Position numbers and translations under genes: made by a program. A stretch of 64,000 nt of DNA from contig PDIP01000057.1 in the NCBI GenBank assembly GCA_002811645.1, positions 115,802 through 179,801 on the forward strand, written 5' to 3'. Origin of the DNA: Corallochytrium limacisporum Hawaii. Taxonomy: Eukaryota; Protista; Pluriformea. Below the pieces are notes generated by a model. The model had not been told where the DNA came from. It saw nothing but the letters and a program-made list of their open reading frames with translations, and did not search any database. Positions 60,006 through 64,000 of the stretch are shown in pieces (the first letter of the stretch is position 1; each line of letters starts with the position of its first letter).

Positions 60006-60240
60006 TTCTGCTCTACATTAGGTCATGGTTGGCAATTTACGAACGAAATCCTGATAAGCAGATTCCTCAGATCACTCAAAACGATTCGTACTGGCTTGTC
60101 TCATAAATACAATGCCCATGTCACAAGACATCACGACAAATTCTCCCTCAAGCATAAAATGTGAGCTTGCAAGACACTGTTGAATACCCGCCAGGAGTGT
60201 TGCAACCCGGCCCCACACGCGCCAGCCGACGAGTGGGGGG

Positions 60241-60320
60241 GCGGGGCGGGTCAATAATTGATTCGTCGGCCAGCAGCGGGGCGGGTCAATAATTGATTCG
60301 TCGGCCAGCAGCGGGGCGGG
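60241..60320. repeat. 35-bp tandem repeat (2.3 copies) in the GTPBP10/ZZZ3 divergent promoter
   Basis: GCGGGGCGGGTCAATAATTGATTCGTCGGCCAGCA x2 plus a partial third copy. Confidence 0.95.
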
Positions 60321-60484
60321 GCAGTGTAGAGCTATGTCCGAACGTAACCAGCTACTTAATGCCGCCTACCTTGTGCGTCCTTCTGGATCCGTTTGAGGAT
60401 AGGGTTCATGCGATATGATTCTGTGTTGAAAGTTGAAAGCACAAAGGGTTGCAATAGCAGGATGCGAGCGGAAGCCTCGTCGAC

Positions 60485-61444
60485 ATGGCAGGCGACGTAA
60501 ATGAAGAGGACGAGATCCGTGAAAAGGTTGCGGAATTGGTCGCGTACAAAATTGCAACGACTAAGGAATGGAATCGGATTTGTGATTTGTATAGTAAGAT
60601 AAAGAATACTAAAAACACCGAGAACTATGAAGAGATGTGCTTGGATCTTTTCCGAAAATGCGAGGCTTTGCGAGAGTTCGAAGTGGAGGACGAAAGTGCT
60701 GAGGCAGTGAATACGAGGCAACCGCAGCAGACCATTGCACCGGAGCATCGCAGTCACAATGTTGCTTGGAGCGAAAAGGAACAGGAACTGCTGAACTTTC
60801 TACTAATTAAGTATCCACCGGAGAAGATCAAGTCGAATCGCCACCGGAAGATTGCTGCCGAGTTCCCAACGAGGACAGCGCGCCAGGTCGAGTCAAGAAT
60901 ACAGAAGGTCGAGACCTGGAAACGCAAACAACGCCGCCAGGCACGGAGGAAGCAGAATGTGAAGAAGATGGAATCCAGCAAAGAGCCTGAATTGGGGAGT
61001 CGTTCAAAGACAATAGTGTCAGCTGCCGATACAAGCTACCGTGAAGCACTTGCGCGTCAAGGTGTCTATCCCGCGATGCTAGAGGACTATGTGCCGCCTC
61101 GGGTACTCATGGAAGGTGATGCCGCAGGCCGGCCAGTATCAGTACCATCAGCCAGAAAGAACGGTAACCTTGATGAATCTGACCACCACATTGGGTACGC
61201 TTGCGATGGCTGCGGGATCGAGCCGATCATCGGACCGCGGTACGAGTGTATCTCTTGCCGGGAAGCCGCACCGGCTGGTACGGAGGTCAGCGTAGATTTT
61301 TGCAGCGTGTGCCATGATAAGCAAGTCCGTGGTGACACTTGGATTCACCTTCGGGGCCATCGTCAGAAGATCCATAAGAAAGCCGTGGATGCCACCCTCC
61401 TAGAGTTCAATTATCTGATCCCAGAAGACACCCCCGGGTATTGA
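60485..61444 (+). CDS. ZZZ3: ZZZ3-like SANT + ZZ zinc-finger protein (ATAC subunit)
   Basis: SANT WSEKEQELL..LLIKYPPE..KIA..RTARQVESRIQK, ZZ H.GYACDGCGIEPI.G.RY.C..C..DFCSVC, and a terminal FNYL.P. Confidence 0.85.
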   Translation: MAGDVNEEDEIREKVAELVAYKIATTKEWNRICDLYSKIKNTKNTENYEEMCLDLFRKCEALREFEVEDESAEAVNTRQPQQTIAPEHRSHNVAWSEKEQELLNFLLIKYPPEKIKSNRHRKIAAEFPTRTARQVESRIQKVETWKRKQRRQARRKQNVKKMESSKEPELGSRSKTIVSAADTSYREALARQGVYPAMLEDYVPPRVLMEGDAAGRPVSVPSARKNGNLDESDHHIGYACDGCGIEPIIGPRYECISCREAAPAGTEVSVDFCSVCHDKQVRGDTWIHLRGHRQKIHKKAVDATLLEFNYLIPEDTPGY

Positions 61445-61525
61445 CATAGACAGGTATTGTACATTGTATTGTATAAATGCGTTGTAATTATTTGATAATT
61501 CTTGTGCAAACTCTTTGTAGCGAGG

Positions 61526-61825
61526 CTACCCATATGCTTCTACCAATGCATACTGGATGTTCAATTCTCCATTGCTCTCCTTGAAACACGCATGAAGATT
61601 CTCAAGCGACTCTGTTGCTGTGGGAATGAAGGATTGCCCAATGTAGCAGAACAAGGCACTACCTTCCCCTAGTCCTAAGAGACCTCTCAGGATCGATACA
61701 ATCTTCCCAAAGTTATCCTGTGCGTTAACTTTGAACTTTTTCTTCTTTAAGATGGGAGCATTACCCGTGGCCACAAAGCGCACCGTCACCTTTCCCGTGT
61801 CTACGGCTGGCGCTACTTCGGTCAT
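61526..61825 (-). CDS. ATG12: Ubiquitin-like autophagy protein Atg12
   Basis: Motifs KVTVRFVATGNAPILKKKKFKV and LFCYIGQSF.P, ending in EAYG with the C-terminal Gly. Confidence 0.93.
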   Translation of the reverse strand: MTEVAPAVDTGKVTVRFVATGNAPILKKKKFKVNAQDNFGKIVSILRGLLGLGEGSALFCYIGQSFIPTATESLENLHACFKESNGELNIQYALVEAYG

Positions 61826-62303
61826 TGTGTGCTTTGTTCTATTCTATCCCCATAGTGTCTCGGAGCTACCAAACAGTCTTTACTGTGCCATTGTCTGTCA
61901 TTGAGATCGTACTGCGTGTGGTGCATGTAACAAGTGAACTACCTTTCGCAAGAGTGCATGTCACAACTAATTTCTTCCGCAACACAAGGCCCAACACATC
62001 AGCGCCGTGCCTTGGGGAAAACACCAGAACTTCGCAATGCGAAGACCCGTCCCGTCAGCCCCCCCTTTCCGGGTCTCCTTTCCCTGGCGCCCCGGGGGCA
62101 ACTCCGGCCCACCCGTTTCGTCTGCGTCTGCGGATCCTGTGGTATTTCACGAGCAAGGGACTACGGTGCTTCGAGTTTCCTATCATCGACCCCGGTGAAT
62201 GACAGACATGGTCTCATATTGACGATGCAAGGACGAAAACGACAACTTATGGACGCTTCGAGCGCAGGTGGTGTAGCTGCCGGAGGAACTTAGTGTAGTC
62301 AAC

Positions 62304-63035
62304 ATGGACTTTGATCAAGAGTCACCGGGAAGCACCAGCAGTAGTGGTAGTGCAGAACTGGACTCTGTGTGGAAGCCGGGACTGGAGGCACTGATCGATG
62401 AATACGACCAATACGAACGTAATGTAGCCCGTCTGCAAGCCCCCGTCGATAAGGAAACCGAGAACTTGGATCACCGAGTCAGAGATGCTTTGCTCGATGC
62501 GTACCAGCGCGGGCTGGAACAGCGCAACAGTCGACACGCTCTGGCTCAGCGTTTGAGGGTACACGATCTCGGTGATAATGACGAAGCAATTGGAGCATAC
62601 CGTAAAGTGGCTCGTCTGCTCTCGGCAGAAAATTGGCAGCACTACCTGGCATCACACCGCGCACTCATGAAGCTCGAGGACAGGGTGCACGCAGCTCAGA
62701 GATCCTCACCATCTGAAGGCTCAACTGGAGCAGAGACCAAGCCGAAACCCAAGCCCAAAAATTTCCGGCTGGACCGCCTGGACGGAGTGGAATTACTCAC
62801 GGCCGAGGAGCGGGATCTGTGTACGCTGATCAGACTGGAACCGAAGACCTACCTTAACATCAAGGCGGTCTTCACCAGGGAGGACCAAAACCTCGGCGGT
62901 ACCTTGCGGCTCCGTCGCGCTCGCCAACTGATCCGCATCGATGTCAATAAGACGAGACGCATCTACGATTTTTTGGTAGATCGAGGACTGATTGCGCAGA
63001 CCAAACCAAACAAAGATAGACAGAGAGGCAAATAA
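62304..63035 (+). CDS. Ada2/TADA2A-like protein (Ada boxes + SWIRM) lacking N-terminal ZZ/SANT
   Basis: SWIRM LLTAEERDLC..IRLEP..Y..GGTLRLRRARQLIRIDVNKTRRIYDFL and the Ada-box-like ALLDAYQRGLEQR..YRKVARL. Confidence 0.8.
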   Translation: MDFDQESPGSTSSSGSAELDSVWKPGLEALIDEYDQYERNVARLQAPVDKETENLDHRVRDALLDAYQRGLEQRNSRHALAQRLRVHDLGDNDEAIGAYRKVARLLSAENWQHYLASHRALMKLEDRVHAAQRSSPSEGSTGAETKPKPKPKNFRLDRLDGVELLTAEERDLCTLIRLEPKTYLNIKAVFTREDQNLGGTLRLRRARQLIRIDVNKTRRIYDFLVDRGLIAQTKPNKDRQRGK

Positions 63036-63083
63036 AAAAACCTTCATGGTGTATTAAATCATATACAAACCGCGAACTGGTTG

Positions 63084-64000
63084 TCATATCTTGGGCTCCA
63101 CCACATCATCCCCATTGTCCATAACGGAATCGCTACTGTTCTGAGACTCTAGCTCCGAATCTGCCAGTTCCTGCTCATAGGCGCGGTTCTTAAGGCTAAA
63201 GCTCCACCGACGGAGCAGATGTTCACGCTTCTTTTTCGTCTGCCACAGAGGGCGCAGCCGTGACTTGGCATCGTGGTCGTCAAACGTGCGACCATCAATG
63301 AGTTTCTGCAGGCGCGCCCGATCATTCTTTAGTTTTTTCCAAGTGTCGATGTTGGCATCCAAGTTCTCCACGTTGCTCTTCGCCGCTGGCAACATGTTGG
63401 AGGTGACAACAAAGGCATTCCGTGCCACCTTACTCAGGAACCCAATCTGAATATCAGGAATCTCCTCATCTCTACGTCGATCCATCATCGGCAATGGTTC
63501 TTTACCCAATTCCCTTTCCATGTCGCCCTGCACATAGAACTCAGTAACCAGATCCATGACCTGTTTCAAGTGCTGATCCCAAGGTTTCGCTGTACCACAC
63601 AGATCACATGCCGTGATCAAAATGCTTTCCATCAGCCGAGCATTCTCAGTGCGCTCATGTACCGTGGCAACCAGATCAAGGTCCGGCTTGTTGAAAGCTT
63701 CCAGGATGGCACCCATGTTCTTAAAGTACATTGCCAAGTCCGTACTGATAATGACGTTTTCAATTGTGATCACAGCATCGATAAAGTCTGGACCTTCAAT
63801 GTTGGCAAGGATATTGCAACTGGGATAACTGAGAATGTTAATGGTGCACGCAAAGTGGTGCCTTTCCATGACACTCTGGCCGTACAGATAGGCAAGGTCG
63901 CTATTGATGGCGGCCATGAAACCGTTGTTGACACCCCAGTGGTCCAGATCGTGACCAAGAGCAGCAACAAGCATGGCACACTGAGTAACCTTATTGGTCA
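63084..64000 (-). CDS. Class I cyclic-nucleotide phosphodiesterase catalytic domain (5' part outside window)
   Basis: Motifs ALGHDLDHWGVNN, MERHHF, STDL, TACDL, EFYVQGD and QIGF. Confidence 0.92.
   Translation of the reverse strand, partial: TNKVTQCAMLVAALGHDLDHWGVNNGFMAAINSDLAYLYGQSVMERHHFACTINILSYPSCNILANIEGPDFIDAVITIENVIISTDLAMYFKNMGAILEAFNKPDLDLVATVHERTENARLMESILITACDLCGTAKPWDQHLKQVMDLVTEFYVQGDMERELGKEPLPMMDRRRDEEIPDIQIGFLSKVARNAFVVTSNMLPAAKSNVENLDANIDTWKKLKNDRARLQKLIDGRTFDDHDAKSRLRPLWQTKKKREHLLRRWSFSLKNRAYEQELADSELESQNSSDSVMDNGDDVVEPKI

Noticed and set aside
60241-60320. CRISPR-like repeat
   Set aside because: The units are directly adjacent with no spacers and no cas genes, in a eukaryotic context.
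1-64000. tRNA, rRNA, snRNA genes and transposons
   Set aside because: No cloverleaf with proper A/B boxes, rRNA motif, transposase/RT ORF or terminal repeat was seen by eye. A tRNAscan or Rfam run would be needed to exclude them.

Overview
Eukaryotic nuclear scaffold with three N-gaps. It is gene-dense and almost intron-free: about 25 protein genes, and only one CDS intron found. Long intergenic spacers are rich in homopolymers and microsatellites. Gene content is holozoan: CK1-gamma, MOB4, ZZZ3, TADA2A-like, GTPBP10 and WDR20 occur together with a riboflavin biosynthesis gene that animals lack. This fits an intron-poor unicellular relative of animals such as Corallochytrium, but that is an inference and is not verified. 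Recognisable genes are HGH1, an SLC25 carrier, MOB4, an AFG2B-like AAA ATPase, a RING-H2/MYND protein, CSNK1G, a DHHC palmitoyltransferase, SEC22, WDR82, a NEDD4/Rsp5 ligase, UTP25, RAB11, SPC24, COX5A, WDR20, ADSL, a RibA-reductase fusion, GTPBP10, ZZZ3, ATG12, a TADA2A-like gene and a partial PDE. The main leads are: (1) an apparent BNIP3/NIX-type mitophagy receptor with an SWVDL LIR and an SH-x6-GxxxG tail anchor, in a probable non-animal; (2) ZZZ3 next to a TADA2A-like gene that lacks its ZZ-SANT module, suggesting an ATAC-like complex; (3) a bacterial-type GTP cyclohydrolase II fused to a Rib7-type reductase; (4) a multi-lesion WD40 pseudogene; (5) a probable spliced lncRNA; (6) E2F and CHR motifs upstream of SPC24. 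Homologue sequences quoted for comparison are recalled from memory and need confirmation by search.
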